Of a DNA stretch of 64,000 nt, positions 27,795 through 38,875 are shown piece after piece (within the stretch, counting starts at the first letter, position 1; each line of letters begins with the position of its first letter). Under the pieces are notes generated by a model. It searched no databases and was not told where the DNA came from. It saw only the letters and a list, made by a program, of their open reading frames with translations. A program made the position numbers and the translations under genes. Origin of the DNA: a virus. The stretch covers positions 31,989-95,988 of IMG/VR virus record IMGVR_UViG_3300032770_000013. One strand, written 5' to 3'.

Positions 27795-28585
27795 TCCTCG
27801 TTCTCTGCTAGAGGGTTCTAATAGCCGAACTCAGCTATCTCGTGAACCGTAACACCTTCCGTTGCTGCGGCATGACGTTTAGCCGCCTCGCGATCGTATC
27901 TGCCAGCTTCGTCAATCAACTCGGTATAGCCGCTCCATCCTGGCCGATAAAATAGACCGCGTTTGCGAATCACAACGCCGAGAGAAGATGGGGCGATATA
28001 TGGATCGTCATGTTTAATCATCGTCGTTTCTAATTTGAGTTCCACCAGCGGGCCACTCATAGTCGCTCCTTGCGGCCACCTCGATCTTGATAGCCGCGTA
28101 TGCCATGTTGAGAAGGATCCAGACTTTGAGGGCTATGAACCAGTTCACGTCACCAACTCCACGCATTTCTCACAGCATAATCCCCAATAGTTATACGGCT
28201 CGGGGATAAACGCTATTCGCCAGCCATGCCGGGCAATTTCTGCGTTGGCCTCAGCATGCAATACGCTCGGCTTGAATACCAGTTCCGACTTGCATGGTAC
28301 GCAGACGAAACGCATTATCGGAGGCTTTTTGGTTTCAGTCACGGCATACATCCCTTTTGTGCTGGCAATACCATTCTATTCCGACGAAGCCGCAGGAACG
28401 CATTTAGCATCGCGCTTACAGAACCCGGAACTTCTCCTGCCTTGTGCCATCGCACTAAAGTTCGCTCAACCACATTGCATCGCAGTCGCAATTCCTGACG
28501 CCATGCGAATGGACCCCAAATCTCTTGGCTGATCGAAACAGCATCGTCCCACGAATAGCGATGGCCCGCAGGCATTAGGATCGAG

Positions 28586-29092
28586 TTATTGCGCATAGCC
28601 TTTCTTCTCCAACTTCTCCCGCCCGCGGTCCGTCAGCTTAATCCCGAACGCCGCTTCCGATTCAAGCTCTGGACTAGCCGCGCCTGCCCAGATCACGCCA
28701 TGCACCAGCACGCCCATTTGAACGCAGCCCTTGGCCGAAAGCTGGTCGTAAACCGACATTGCCTGATTATCCTCTGGCGCTTTCTTCTTGCGCGATAGCA
28801 CCATGAACCGAGAGGCATATTTGCCGGTCGTAGCTTCGTGCACCTCGGTCAACGCCGCCATTTCCTCACCGGTCAACGGGTCATCGAACTTGACCAGCGT
28901 ATCTTGGTTCTCCGCTCGTTTGGCATTGCGCATGGCTGTGGCAAGCCGATCATGGGCTGCGGTGTAATCCAGATGCGGCCGGACGAACGGATCGGTCTTC
29001 CTCGCCGCCAATGCGCCTTCAATCGCTTTGATTGCGGCTGTGGCGAATATGATGGTTTCGAGATCGTCGTGGTCGACGGTAACTTTGGTCAT
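28586..29092 (-). CDS. Hypothetical protein
   Basis: ATGA overlap; LTDRGRE winged-helix-like end. Confidence 0.55.
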   Translation of the reverse strand: MTKVTVDHDDLETIIFATAAIKAIEGALAARKTDPFVRPHLDYTAAHDRLATAMRNAKRAENQDTLVKFDDPLTGEEMAALTEVHEATTGKYASRFMVLSRKKKAPEDNQAMSVYDQLSAKGCVQMGVLVHGVIWAGAASPELESEAAFGIKLTDRGREKLEKKGYAQ

Positions 29093-29277
29093 GGCTTAAT
29101 CAACTCCGGCTCGGCAAAAGCAGCATGCAGCAACTGGCGATCATTAAACCAACAGACATCATAGACCACTAATTGCTGCCGATCGCTGGATATGCGGCGC
29201 ACCATATCAATCACCATTGACGGGCCGCCAGACCGCAGCAGCACGATGTCGCCGACTTGGAATTTTGGTTCACTCAT
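29089..29277 (-). CDS. YodC/DUF2158-family protein
   Basis: FQVGDIVLLRSGGPSMVI...VCWF. Confidence 0.8.
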   Translation of the reverse strand: MSEPKFQVGDIVLLRSGGPSMVIDMVRRISSDRQQLVVYDVCWFNDRQLLHAAFAEPELIKP

Positions 29278-29953
29278 CGTATAATCTCCTATTTCACCGC
29301 AACAGCGTATTCCGCAGTTGGTCCTTCGAGAACCCGGGACCGTAAACCAAGTGATGCTGCACGATCGCTTGGCGCACCTCAGAGACTATGAAACCGATTA
29401 TTATTCCGTAGCTGAAGAATACTACGGCAGGGGCTTTAAGGGTCGGAGCCTCGGCCATCACACTTCGACGCCGAGTTCCCGAAGCTCGCGCTTGAGGCGG
29501 ATAATCTCATCCTCCATGATTCCCTTCATGACACCAACTGGATCGCGGAGAAGATGACCGAGATATTCACCTGTTCTTTCCTCGCCACGTCGCAGACACA
29601 TATTTTCCCATGCCGACTTCGGCAGTGCCAAATATGTTTCCACTCGCTCAATCCGACTTCGGAGAGTCGCAGCAGTCGCAATATCTGCGTATTTCATTTG
29701 AATGTTCCTCTTGATTGTGCCGTAGCCGATTCCGCACATCACTTCGCCTCCGCTCTCATCCACCTCGCCTGCGAGGGGCAGCTTTTATCCATCGTCAACA
29801 CCGCTCCAACCGGACCAGGCTTAACGCCGATGTAGCCCTCGCCTACTCTTGTCAGGAGAGCGCAGGGATTCGTTTCCGCCGGCCAGAGCCACCATCCAAC
29901 CGTTGCGGCTAGAATGCTGCCGAGGATTATGGCGCGGGCGTAGTTGATGAGGG

Positions 29954-30340
29954 TCATTCATCGCCCCACAACTCGATCTGCTCCTTCTTCCATTCTTCAA
30001 GTGCAGCCAAGTTACTCTCGGTTCCCAAATAGATTTTGCTCCAAGGGACGATCACCTCTTGATTCATCTCAGGAGAGGAAATCGAAATACCTTCCTCACA
30101 CACGCTCATATCGAGGCCGAATGGTTCCTTAAAGAACACCTCAATCACTTCTGTAGCAATCTTGCGAACGGCACGCTCGAGCACTTCCGGCTTTAGATCG
30201 ATGCTAATCTCAAATGAATTACCGTCCTTTTCGATATTCACTGAGATGCCTTTTTCCAAGTCGTCCGGCCAATCTCCCCATTCCCAATTGGAAAGATTGA
30301 CGCGGACCTTCTTCTTTCGCTTCGTCGCTCGTTTTGCCAT
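29954..30340 (-). CDS. Hypothetical protein
   Basis: Packed ORF with start/stop overlaps. Confidence 0.5.
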   Translation of the reverse strand: MAKRATKRKKKVRVNLSNWEWGDWPDDLEKGISVNIEKDGNSFEISIDLKPEVLERAVRKIATEVIEVFFKEPFGLDMSVCEEGISISSPEMNQEVIVPWSKIYLGTESNLAALEEWKKEQIELWGDE

Positions 30341-31048
30341 CAGATTATCTCTTTCAGCCCATGCTGATTTTCGAGTATCTTGTTCTTGGCGCGTAATTGC
30401 TCGATCTCATCAGCAGCTTCCAGCATATCGCGCCGAGCGGTTTGTTCATCCATGATTGCGATTGCCGTTCCCGTCATGATCGAACCGCGCGCTATGCTGC
30501 CATCGGGCAAGATTGATCCCAATGTCATCATTGGGTGGCGAAGCCGCTCGACTAAATCGCGGTGGTCGGTCATGGCAACCAATAAACTGTTGAGGATTCA
30601 CCATACGGTGCCCAATAGCTTTTGAAACGGACATGCTGCCGCCAAACCCATCGCCTTTGGCCATTGCGCTTGTTAAACTCATGGACCGAAAGATAGGCTT
30701 TAACCGGGAACCAAGCCCACCAAAGCTCTCCGTCTTTCATTTCCGCTTCTCCACCACATCATCAGCAAATCGCAGGTCGGCAATCGCTTCGGCAATGAGC
30801 GTCCCGATTTCATCCTGCGACAATGAACTAAGTTCTTTGCCTTCAGCTTGGATGCGAGCCAGAACGCAGGCCATGACCATGTTGCGGTCGATCATTTCCG
30901 CTTCTCCGCTTGCCGATTAGCTATTGGCCCAAATCTTTAATGGTATTCGGGACAATCCAAAAGCATTCTGAACCTTTTGAGCCGTTGCCATAATAAACGG
31001 CCCATCCCCAAGTAGTTCGCTTGAAGCGTATCCGCACGCATTGCATTT

Positions 31049-31465
31049 TCATGACTTCTTCTCCGCTTGCCGGCGATACCAAGTACGGCGCGACATCCCG
31101 AGCTTCTTCCACGGTTCCTGCGCCGCTAAGGTTTTCGACCTGTCCTCGAGGCGAGGGCGCTTAAATGGTCGTGGCTTATGATCGAGGGTTCCCGTCTTTC
31201 CGGTCACGCGCGGCCGAGGATTTTTGACCGCAACGTTGTCACCCACAACCTTGTCAGCACCGTCCGCCCGGCGCGAGCCTACTGGGACTTCGACAACCCG
31301 CGGCATCCGAGACCTCGCCGATGCCGCCAAGTCTCCATCCGTTCGCTTGGGATTGGTCCTCGTCTCAAACTTAGGGCACGGCCCTAACCGATGCCGTTCA
31401 CCACAAGTCCTGCATTTCGGCAAATCCATGACACCGGATTGGCACAGAATTGGCACCGCAGTCAA
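31049..31465 (-). CDS. Hypothetical protein with C-terminal HTH-like motif
   Basis: PWKKLGMSRRTWYRR. Confidence 0.55.
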   Translation of the reverse strand: MTAVPILCQSGVMDLPKCRTCGERHRLGPCPKFETRTNPKRTDGDLAASARSRMPRVVEVPVGSRRADGADKVVGDNVAVKNPRPRVTGKTGTLDHKPRPFKRPRLEDRSKTLAAQEPWKKLGMSRRTWYRRQAEKKS

Positions 31466-31908
31466 GAGCCATCTTCCGGTTTCCTGTTCGCAACTCCCTG
31501 CGGCCCAGATAACTGCGCCATGTCCTCGAATAAGCCGAGTTCCCGCATTTCCTCGAGGATCTCAGCCCGCAATTGATCCCGATCCTTGCCGTTGAGCGGA
31601 TTGTCTTTGTCGCCTGAGACTTTGAGCGCCGAAAGCTTCGGATAATAATAGGGCGCAACCTTATCGGCTAAGGCCGCCGCATCTTTGACATACCCGTCGA
31701 CCGTTTCATCATCGATCCCATTCCGCAGGCAAATCATAGCCTTGCGCCTGAAATGCCACATCGCCTCCTTCATGATCGAGAGGCAATCGAGATTGGGCGT
31801 ATCATCAGCCGCATAGGAAAGAGCGGCCATCGCGCCGCCTGGACTATCGCGCAGTCTGGCTTCGCGGGCGAGCGTCCGTTTGTTCTTTGAGCCCTTTGGA
31901 CGAGCCAT
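31462..31908 (-). CDS. terS: Terminase small subunit
   Basis: RPKGSKNKRT start; AAALADKVAPYYYPKL...VSGDKDNPL. Confidence 0.7.
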   Translation of the reverse strand: MARPKGSKNKRTLAREARLRDSPGGAMAALSYAADDTPNLDCLSIMKEAMWHFRRKAMICLRNGIDDETVDGYVKDAAALADKVAPYYYPKLSALKVSGDKDNPLNGKDRDQLRAEILEEMRELGLFEDMAQLSGPQGVANRKPEDGS

Positions 31909-32043
31909 TTACGACCGTATTTCCAATTTTTTCCTGTTGCCGCCCAAACATTTATCGTGAACGGCTGGAATATATCCGGGAAATACGAGTATTTCAATTA
32001 TAGCTTCGGAGCCTCGCTTACGGCAGGCTTTTCGACTTGGCGT

Positions 32044-33081
32044 TCATAGCCGGTATTCCTTATCGACAAAGCCCAATTCCGGATCGCCAACGAGCATCCA
32101 CTTGATCCAGGTTTTGTGGTCCTCATAATGGCGCCAATGACCGCGGCGGAAATGCAGCCGAACGCGATAGGCCGGCTCGTGATCGTCTGCGGGAAGCGGA
32201 GCAGCGCGAGAGCGACGCGCTAGATTAACCACATGGTACGAGACCAGCGGAAGCTTGCCAGCCCGCTCGCGGGCATGATTGAGTTTATGCGGGGCTCTGA
32301 CAACTTCGGTAGTGGCGATCTCAGCATCCAAGGCCACGGCTATTGCTTTAATTTGCCGGCTTACAAACTCGAATAGGCTTCCTTCATTGCCGCTAGAATC
32401 AACTGGCAGCACAAGCCATCCTTTTCGGACCTGAATAGCGTATTGCAGGTAAAAGGTGCCGTCGGCATCGGTCGCAAACACGATAACATGCCGGTCGCTG
32501 ATGCGAAATTCAAATGCGCAGGCGTCGTCCGGTAACTTAATCTCGCCGCCGAGATAGTCTTTTGCATTTTGGAAAGCCGTAGCCCAATCGTGCTGAATCA
32601 TGAATACCGAAGCGCTTTGGGCTATCTCCTCCCATTCCTGAATATCGCCGAGCCTCGCGTCTTTTGCTTGTAGATTGTAGATATTGCCGTCGACCAGCGC
32701 CTGTTGAAAGGCGTGCATCATTGTGCCGACCGGCTTTTGCAACTTGTAACCACGATCAAACCACTCTTCGATTTTTTCGGCCGCCTCAACTGCGGAGCTC
32801 AAAAACTGTCTTTTGTTCTCATTCGACTTGATGTCACGCTGAATGCCAGTCTCCTCTTTGTCGAGCATTCTGCGCATTTTGTGGAGCAATCGTCGACGCT
32901 CCTTGCCTTCGGGAACCTGCTCGATGATTTCTGCGACCTTGGCCGCCACATCGGTAAGATCACTGTCTTGAATGACTTTTTCAAACTGTCGCGGGAGCTC
33001 CTGCCTTAAAAAAGCGAGCGTCCGAGACTCGACCGCAGTTTGTCCCGCCTGATATGCCTGCTTAAGTGCCTCAGTGTTCAT
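32044..33081 (-). CDS. Conserved phage protein with HxRRGH motif
   Basis: KLNHARERAGKLPL...RLHFRRGHWR...WIKWMLVGD. Confidence 0.65.
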   Translation of the reverse strand: MNTEALKQAYQAGQTAVESRTLAFLRQELPRQFEKVIQDSDLTDVAAKVAEIIEQVPEGKERRRLLHKMRRMLDKEETGIQRDIKSNENKRQFLSSAVEAAEKIEEWFDRGYKLQKPVGTMMHAFQQALVDGNIYNLQAKDARLGDIQEWEEIAQSASVFMIQHDWATAFQNAKDYLGGEIKLPDDACAFEFRISDRHVIVFATDADGTFYLQYAIQVRKGWLVLPVDSSGNEGSLFEFVSRQIKAIAVALDAEIATTEVVRAPHKLNHARERAGKLPLVSYHVVNLARRSRAAPLPADDHEPAYRVRLHFRRGHWRHYEDHKTWIKWMLVGDPELGFVDKEYRL

Positions 33082-33135
33082 ACTCGGCCCATAAATTTAA
33101 CTTGTTCCCGAAAGGTCTTTGCCGTACAAGATTCG

Positions 33136-33219
33136 TGGCGGGTGAACCCCGTCTTCTTAAACCTCCCCAAGGCCAAACTTGGAGCGTCGGATGCGAATCG
33201 TCCGGCGCTCTTTTTCTTT
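33136..33219 (+). ncRNA. Putative small RNA with an anti-Shine-Dalgarno segment and intrinsic terminator
   Basis: TTGTTC-N17-TACAAG upstream; hairpins GGCGGG/CCCGTC and CCAAG/CTTGG around AAACCTCC; terminator GAGCGTCGGA/TCCGGCGCTC + T-tract. Confidence 0.45.
33182..33219 (+). terminator. Rho-independent terminator
   Basis: 10-bp stem followed by TTTTTCTTT. Confidence 0.65.
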
Positions 33220-33393
33220 ACTTTCGGTTCTCCCATTCCTTGTAAGTAATATGCTTGTTTGTCTCATCTTGGCACGCCTCGCTTAAGTGGCAATCCCAAT
33301 TTGAGCAAGACGCTCCGGCCTCGACCAAACCTTCCCCGACGTGGAACACACCGGGAGAACCGCAAATCGGACACGGCTTGATTTTGTCAGTTC

Positions 33394-33918
33394 TCACTGC
33401 GCCACGTCCTGATCGAGGATCGGGCTTAACGCCGACAGCGACGTCACCGATATCTCGTTCTTGTCGAGCTTCAACTTGCTCACCTTGATCCGCGCCAGTT
33501 GCTCGCTGATCGGGGAATCATGGTTCAGAAGCTCGGTGTATTGCTTCTGGAAATCCTCGTATTCTGGAGAACCTGGGGGAATCATGGTTGGCTTATGACC
33601 GGCCTTGTCCTCTGGCATCTTGGCGAGGATCTCGCGCACGATTGCCTGGCGGGCATCCTCGGTGCTTTTCTCGACCTGCAACAGCAAGGTGATGTCGCCT
33701 GCAATTGTGGCTCGCAGAGATCCGCTGTTAAACTCCCACGGCACGGTTACTGCGGTTTCTTGACCATTGGCGCCTTTGACGGCGACTTGATGGCCGTCGA
33801 GACTGCGTAGCCCGGCGAGCAATGTCAGGGCTTGCAGGACTGTCAGTTTGGGCTTTGCCTGAGCAAATGCCGTAGTCGACGCGAGCATGGCGGCGAGAAC
33901 GATAGCAACGATCTTCAT
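33394..33918 (-). CDS. Secreted hypothetical protein
   Basis: Signal peptide MKIVAIVLAAMLASTTAFA. Confidence 0.65.
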   Translation of the reverse strand: MKIVAIVLAAMLASTTAFAQAKPKLTVLQALTLLAGLRSLDGHQVAVKGANGQETAVTVPWEFNSGSLRATIAGDITLLLQVEKSTEDARQAIVREILAKMPEDKAGHKPTMIPPGSPEYEDFQKQYTELLNHDSPISEQLARIKVSKLKLDKNEISVTSLSALSPILDQDVAQ

Positions 33919-34283
33919 GATTTCTCCTCTGGGTTAAACATATCGATGGTCTTGTCGCATCGAACTGGTTGCTTCGGATCGGTGGTGAACGCAGTACAGC
34001 AAGGCTTGCCTTTACGGTCGTAAACCCATTCCTTCGGATAGCGCGGGTCAGCGATTTCAAAAGCGAACGTGGCCGCTATGATTTGACAAGCAATCGCTGG
34101 ATCCGCATCGGGGCCGCCATCACGATACGCCTTGTCACGCTCACAATAGGCGCACCACGCATCGTCAAATGCCATTCCTTCGGTCCCGGAGCCGGGACGA
34201 TATGGCTTGCCAGCCATTTCCGCCCACTCCTCGGTAGCGGCAGCGGTCTTGCCAGCGAATAGTGCCGCGATGATGTCGGTCAT
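33915..34283 (-). CDS. Cys-containing hypothetical protein
   Basis: YRPGSGTEG..F...WCAYC motif. Confidence 0.6.
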   Translation of the reverse strand: MTDIIAALFAGKTAAATEEWAEMAGKPYRPGSGTEGMAFDDAWCAYCERDKAYRDGGPDADPAIACQIIAATFAFEIADPRYPKEWVYDRKGKPCCTAFTTDPKQPVRCDKTIDMFNPEEKS

Positions 34284-34601
34284 TGCGGCTTCGGCATAAT
34301 GGTGATGCCAGTCAACTGACCGCGCTTTGGGTCTTTTTCCTTGAAGCGGTCCTCATCGCGCATAACCTTGACGATTTGCGCTCGAATGTCCCGAAGATCG
34401 CGGCCCGTTGTATCGTGATAGGCTGCCGCAAGATGATCGATCAAGTCTGACATGATGATGCCGAACTTAATAGGATCATTTGCCATCGGGTCGAGCTCGG
34501 TAATGTGCAGCCGGAAAAGCTGCTTATCATCATCGGTCCGCTCAACAATGATGATCGGATGATAGAGGATTATCCGATCAGCTTCGTCCCTCAATCGCTG
34601 T

Positions 34602-35072
34602 TCATCCGGCATGACGGCTCCTGAATTTCCGGCCTTTGGGGAACGGGCGCGATGCCCATTTACGCTTGATTTTCTTGCGCTTCTTAATCCGGCGGCGCTC
34701 TCGTTTAATTAGAACTCGGTCGGGATATTGTCCATGTTCCCCACGGACATTTGTCTTGATTTTGTGGGCTTCTTTTTCGCGGTAGATCAAAAATTCCGGA
34801 TCGTTTGCTTCTGGAATATAGCTGATTTCTTCGGTGTAAAAATTAGTCACTTGCTGACGTGCACCAAGCGCAGGATCGTGGTCAAGGTGAAGATCGCGGG
34901 GCTTGCATTTAAGCAACTCGGCCAGTTCCTTTAGCTTGTCCTGCAATAACTCGCCGTAGTGACCCCGAGCAATCGCTATGACTTCCTCGGGCCAAATCTC
35001 GCCGAGTTGCCGTAAGACAACCCGGCAGCGAACATCGAGCGGAATATGAGGGCGGTAAAGACGTGCCATCAC
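34602..35072 (-). CDS. HNH-like protein
   Basis: LHLDHDPAL...NDPEFL...HKIKT. Confidence 0.55.
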   Translation of the reverse strand: MMARLYRPHIPLDVRCRVVLRQLGEIWPEEVIAIARGHYGELLQDKLKELAELLKCKPRDLHLDHDPALGARQQVTNFYTEEISYIPEANDPEFLIYREKEAHKIKTNVRGEHGQYPDRVLIKRERRRIKKRKKIKRKWASRPFPKGRKFRSRHAG

Positions 35073-35407
35073 ACCGCTCGCCAGACCTTGGCCTTTAATC
35101 CTGTATCATTCGTGCGCCGCTCGCCAGTGAGAACAATTCGCGGCGGCCTCTCTTGGCTTAGTTCGGTTATCCTTGGGCGCACAGCTAAAACCGATTCTCC
35201 GATCGCCGCCGCCGTCTGGTCGGGCGTCAGTCCTTTTGGACCAGCATTGCGGATAGCGGCATAGGCGCGCTCCCGGAGGACAGCGGCTTTGCCTTTGATG
35301 GCAATGGCGGCGTCTCGGGATGTAGTTTTTTCCTTGTATCCAGGCGATGCCGGATATGATTGATCGCCGTAGGCGTCAGCGGAAAATTTCTCTGCAATTC
35401 GGCTCAT
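35069..35407 (-). CDS. Winged-helix DNA-binding protein
   Basis: TSRDAA...GLTPDQ...AVRPRITEL. Confidence 0.65.
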   Translation of the reverse strand: MSRIAEKFSADAYGDQSYPASPGYKEKTTSRDAAIAIKGKAAVLRERAYAAIRNAGPKGLTPDQTAAAIGESVLAVRPRITELSQERPPRIVLTGERRTNDTGLKAKVWRAV

Positions 35408-35606
35408 AAATCCTCCGCTGGCGCATATTCGCCTACCGCCAATTCATGCTTGCAACCTTCAGTGCACAGCACGCCACAAATAACACAGTCACCGCTCGGA
35501 AAACGTGGATGCTCGTGCACTCGACCGGCATAGCTTCGTTCGCACGGCGGCGGCTCTAGGCCGAGGAACTCATCTGCGGGATTGATGGCTTTCCAAGCGT
35601 CGTAAG

Positions 35607-36044
35607 TCATTTCGAGATCATCTTTTCGATTTCAGCCCGCAGTTTCGATTCGGTCATGTCCGGCAGCAAGTCTTGGCAGACGATATAAACCATGCGGTCT
35701 GCCAGTCGGCTTAGCGTTGTGCCGCTCGCCTTCGACAACGATTGCGGAACAATAACGATGCGGCCTTTATGGTCCTTACTAAACCTCGCAAATTTTGCCG
35801 CGATGCGCAGTTGATCCATCGCTACGTCTTTGTCCTCGAACAAGCCGCCCTTTGCCAATTTAGTGGCGAGCGCCCACAAAAAGCGGAGCAACTTCATATT
35901 TTTGGTCGTGCGAATCTCGGCCCAAACCTCTTGTTTCGTCGGCAGCAGTGCGAAGTCGTCCGCAAAAACCTCCTGATCGCAGAACAAACCCATTTCTCCT
36001 GCGCGCTTTGCCGGCCGCTTATGCAGGCTCAATTCTACAGCCAT
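35607..36044 (-). CDS. NinB/DUF1367-like recombination-associated protein
   Basis: Follows ERF; RFLWAL...VPQSLS motifs. Confidence 0.45.
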   Translation of the reverse strand: MAVELSLHKRPAKRAGEMGLFCDQEVFADDFALLPTKQEVWAEIRTTKNMKLLRFLWALATKLAKGGLFEDKDVAMDQLRIAAKFARFSKDHKGRIVIVPQSLSKASGTTLSRLADRMVYIVCQDLLPDMTESKLRAEIEKMISK

Positions 36045-36046
36045 GG

Positions 36047-37144
36047 TTACGATTTTGCCATATCCATGTGGCGATCATAGATTTTTTTAATCTCTGCAAC
36101 ATCGGGCGGGAACAACGAAACATCGGCTAAATGCGCTTCGACATTCTCGTAGAACCAATCGCCGAGGCCGCCTGGATCATGCTGCATGGCGAACTCTCGG
36201 CATTTGGCATCAACCGCCTTGAGTAGCTTGTCGGGATTGTCGGGCCATGTCGTTGGCGCCTCAATATCGAACTCCGTGACGGATTCGCTTTCGGCCTTTG
36301 CAGGTCCGAACTTGGAGGCGATTTCCTTGTAGTGAGCGTCGATGCCCGAAAATACTTTCGGCGCATTGGCCTTAATGTCAGCAAGCGCCGCCTCGTTCAA
36401 CGACCTCCATTGAGAGAGCTCTTGGATATTTTTCGCCGTTCCGATCGCGCCATCGAACGCAGCGGCCCATGTTGCGCGACTTCCCTCTGCGGGAATAGCG
36501 CAAGGTGCCCGATGTTGCGCGGGAGTTGCTGACTGCGCCGGATTTGGCGCGCGGCGAGGTGCCGGCTTTTGCGAGGCTGACCCCTCATTCTCGCCGCGGT
36601 CGGCGTCGTCGACGTCACTTGCCGGGATCTGAAACAATGACAGCAGAAAATACTTGCGGGCCGCAATCGCGCATTTATTTAGGCATGCCGGGTCAAAGCC
36701 GCCCTTTTCGCTTTTAGCCAATGACAGGCCGGTAAAGCGCGGACGATGCGGCCATACCGCGCCGCTCTCGTGCATGATTGTGAACTCGTAGACCGCTGCG
36801 ACGTAATTGCTTTCGACAAAGGTGCGGCTAACTTCGTCTTGGATGACCGCGATGCCGTTCTTTCCCATCAGCGGTGTGAGTTTTGTCAGCAAATCATTCG
36901 CAGTCGTGAACTTGAAATGAAAATGCTTATGCTCGCCGGTCTTAGTGACAACGCCGATTTCCGCCATGACTTTCGCAATGGCGCCGGCAAGCTTCGCCAC
37001 ATCCTCGCGCTGGATAACTGGCATGGGTGTAGGAGCAACTTCGGGAACTGGCGGAGTTTCCGTTTGTTCACGCACGGCAATCTCGCCTTTGCTCGTCGGC
37101 TCATCAAAGTTAATTTTCTGCGCGGTTTGCGTTGCGGTCTTCAT
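36047..37144 (-). CDS. erf: ERF-family single-strand annealing protein
   Basis: LAGAIAKVMAEI...KTGEHKHFHFKF...IMHESG...AARKYFLLSLFQIP...DAD. Confidence 0.8.
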   Translation of the reverse strand: MKTATQTAQKINFDEPTSKGEIAVREQTETPPVPEVAPTPMPVIQREDVAKLAGAIAKVMAEIGVVTKTGEHKHFHFKFTTANDLLTKLTPLMGKNGIAVIQDEVSRTFVESNYVAAVYEFTIMHESGAVWPHRPRFTGLSLAKSEKGGFDPACLNKCAIAARKYFLLSLFQIPASDVDDADRGENEGSASQKPAPRRAPNPAQSATPAQHRAPCAIPAEGSRATWAAAFDGAIGTAKNIQELSQWRSLNEAALADIKANAPKVFSGIDAHYKEIASKFGPAKAESESVTEFDIEAPTTWPDNPDKLLKAVDAKCREFAMQHDPGGLGDWFYENVEAHLADVSLFPPDVAEIKKIYDRHMDMAKS

Positions 37145-38145
37145 CGAGCCCGTTCCTCCATCTCAACTTTTGTACCTGGCACCTTGATGCCGGCGCCGGT
37201 AGCCTTTTCAGCCAATGATTGCAGCACGTTTGTAATAGCTTCGCTCTCGGCGAAGAACGCCAGAACGGCCGCGCGATCAACGATGCTCACTACTTGGACC
37301 GAATGCAGATGGACTGCCCGGCCACGCGAACCGCTGGTAGTGCGCGTTTTTGCAATGTTGTCGGCCTTGAGTTGTGCCGCCGCAGCTTCCTCGATCTTGC
37401 CGGCCTTGGCCGCCTGTTGAGCCGCCTCGCGGGCCGCCGCTTCGGCCTTCTGTTTTGCCAACTTTTGAGCGGCAAGGAACGGCGCACATACGGCGTCCTT
37501 AAGTTGCTTGTAGATATCCGCAGCGGCAATAACAGCGCGCCACCGCTCATCCACGGCGCGGCCAGCCTCTAGATGCGGTTTCTTCTCGGCTTCGCGCACC
37601 TCATCCGCTTTCTTACGGTACTTGGCAATCTCGTTGGAGAGATCGGCAGCTCTATCGGATTCTTCCTGTGTCTTTGCCGCGCCCTTCGCAATTAGCTGCT
37701 GTGCCTCGCGGGCCAGATCCTCGATGGTATCTCGAATGCTCTCAATCGAATCATCAGGCGGCGGTCGATTGTGCAGGTTGGTCACGGCCTCATGCTGATC
37801 CGGCCACGGCTCGCCGCGCTCCGCGACGGCAACGTAAGTCTCATATGAAATCGGATACTTGGCACACCACGGCCAGACGCGGTCGACCGTAACGGGATAA
37901 CCGCTCAACATAACGGCCCATTCGCCATCCAGCATTTCCGTTAATTCGTCGGACTTCCAGATGCCGACCGGTTGCCATTCGCCGCCTTTACGGCGGGTGC
38001 GGTAATATCCTGCCAATGGCTCGTTGGCATCGAATTGGACGGGTTCGCCAGCAAGAAGCGACCGCCAGCCTGCAAATTGATCGGTCACGCTGCCACCTCT
38101 TCCAACACGCCGAAATACTTTTCTGGATGATACCGGCGCATCCAC
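37141..38145 (-). CDS. Recombination-module coiled-coil protein
   Basis: HNRPP...KKPHLEAGRAVD...IVDR...VPG; true start may be near 38086. Confidence 0.65.
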   Translation of the reverse strand: MDAPVSSRKVFRRVGRGGSVTDQFAGWRSLLAGEPVQFDANEPLAGYYRTRRKGGEWQPVGIWKSDELTEMLDGEWAVMLSGYPVTVDRVWPWCAKYPISYETYVAVAERGEPWPDQHEAVTNLHNRPPPDDSIESIRDTIEDLAREAQQLIAKGAAKTQEESDRAADLSNEIAKYRKKADEVREAEKKPHLEAGRAVDERWRAVIAAADIYKQLKDAVCAPFLAAQKLAKQKAEAAAREAAQQAAKAGKIEEAAAAQLKADNIAKTRTTSGSRGRAVHLHSVQVVSIVDRAAVLAFFAESEAITNVLQSLAEKATGAGIKVPGTKVEMEERAR

Positions 38146-38522
38146 CGCAATGTCAGGTGCAACTCTTCCAGCACCATGACAGTCAGTCCGGGCGTCTGCC
38201 GCAGTCTCATTGCCAAGGCTTGCGTCAGGTTGGCGTCCGTGTTCCAGACCTTCACGCGACGGACGGCATTCTCGATCTGGAATACCCGGTGGTCGAGCAG
38301 ATGCCGGGCCCGAGCGCCGTAGCGGGCGCGGATTACCGGATTATCCGGGCCGCGCTGAATTGCCTTGGCAACGCGGGCTTTAAGATCGTTGGGGATTGCC
38401 GGCTTGGCGAATGCCGCCTCGATCTGAGCGAGCGCAGCGTCCATCGCAGAACCGCCACGAGCAATAACAGCCATAGCAGCAGCGCGGCCACGCGCCATAT
38501 CACGATCTGCATAAAGGTTCAC
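38085..38522 (-). CDS. Hypothetical protein
   Basis: SD GGAGGA, packed ORF. Confidence 0.5.
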   Translation of the reverse strand: MNLYADRDMARGRAAAMAVIARGGSAMDAALAQIEAAFAKPAIPNDLKARVAKAIQRGPDNPVIRARYGARARHLLDHRVFQIENAVRRVKVWNTDANLTQALAMRLRQTPGLTVMVLEELHLTLRWMRRYHPEKYFGVLEEVAA

Positions 38523-38875
38523 TTCTTTCCTCCCTTTGGTAACTGATTCGTCGGCCAGCCGTTATCGCGGCATAGCTCGAAGTATCGCTTCTCGGATAAT
38601 TGGCCGGTGCGGAGAAGCGTAAGCGCAACTTCGTGCGTTAGCTTAATGGTATTCATAGCGGCTTCTTTTGAAACGCCGGCATTGCCGACATTGCCGACAT
38701 TGCCGACAACATTGCCGAAATCTGTTCAATCATTGGGTTTTGGGCATCATGGTAAACTTGTCGAACGAGCGATGATAATTCCGCATGGAATCTCGCTGCT
38801 TCGTATTTGTCGTCCGGAGCCCAACGTTTCCAGAATTGCTCCATTCCCAATTCAAAAATGCGAGCATCACGTTCA

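Noticed and set aside
30901-31075. 15-bp repeat CTTCTCCGCTTGCCG (two copies)
   Set aside because: Short and RBS-associated; does not match the 28-bp site family; too weak alone.
38680-38718. Tandem CATTGCCGA repeats as a second guide array
   Set aside because: 9-nt in-frame coding repeat (SAM-SAM-SAM) inside ORF 38653-38904; no variable positions.
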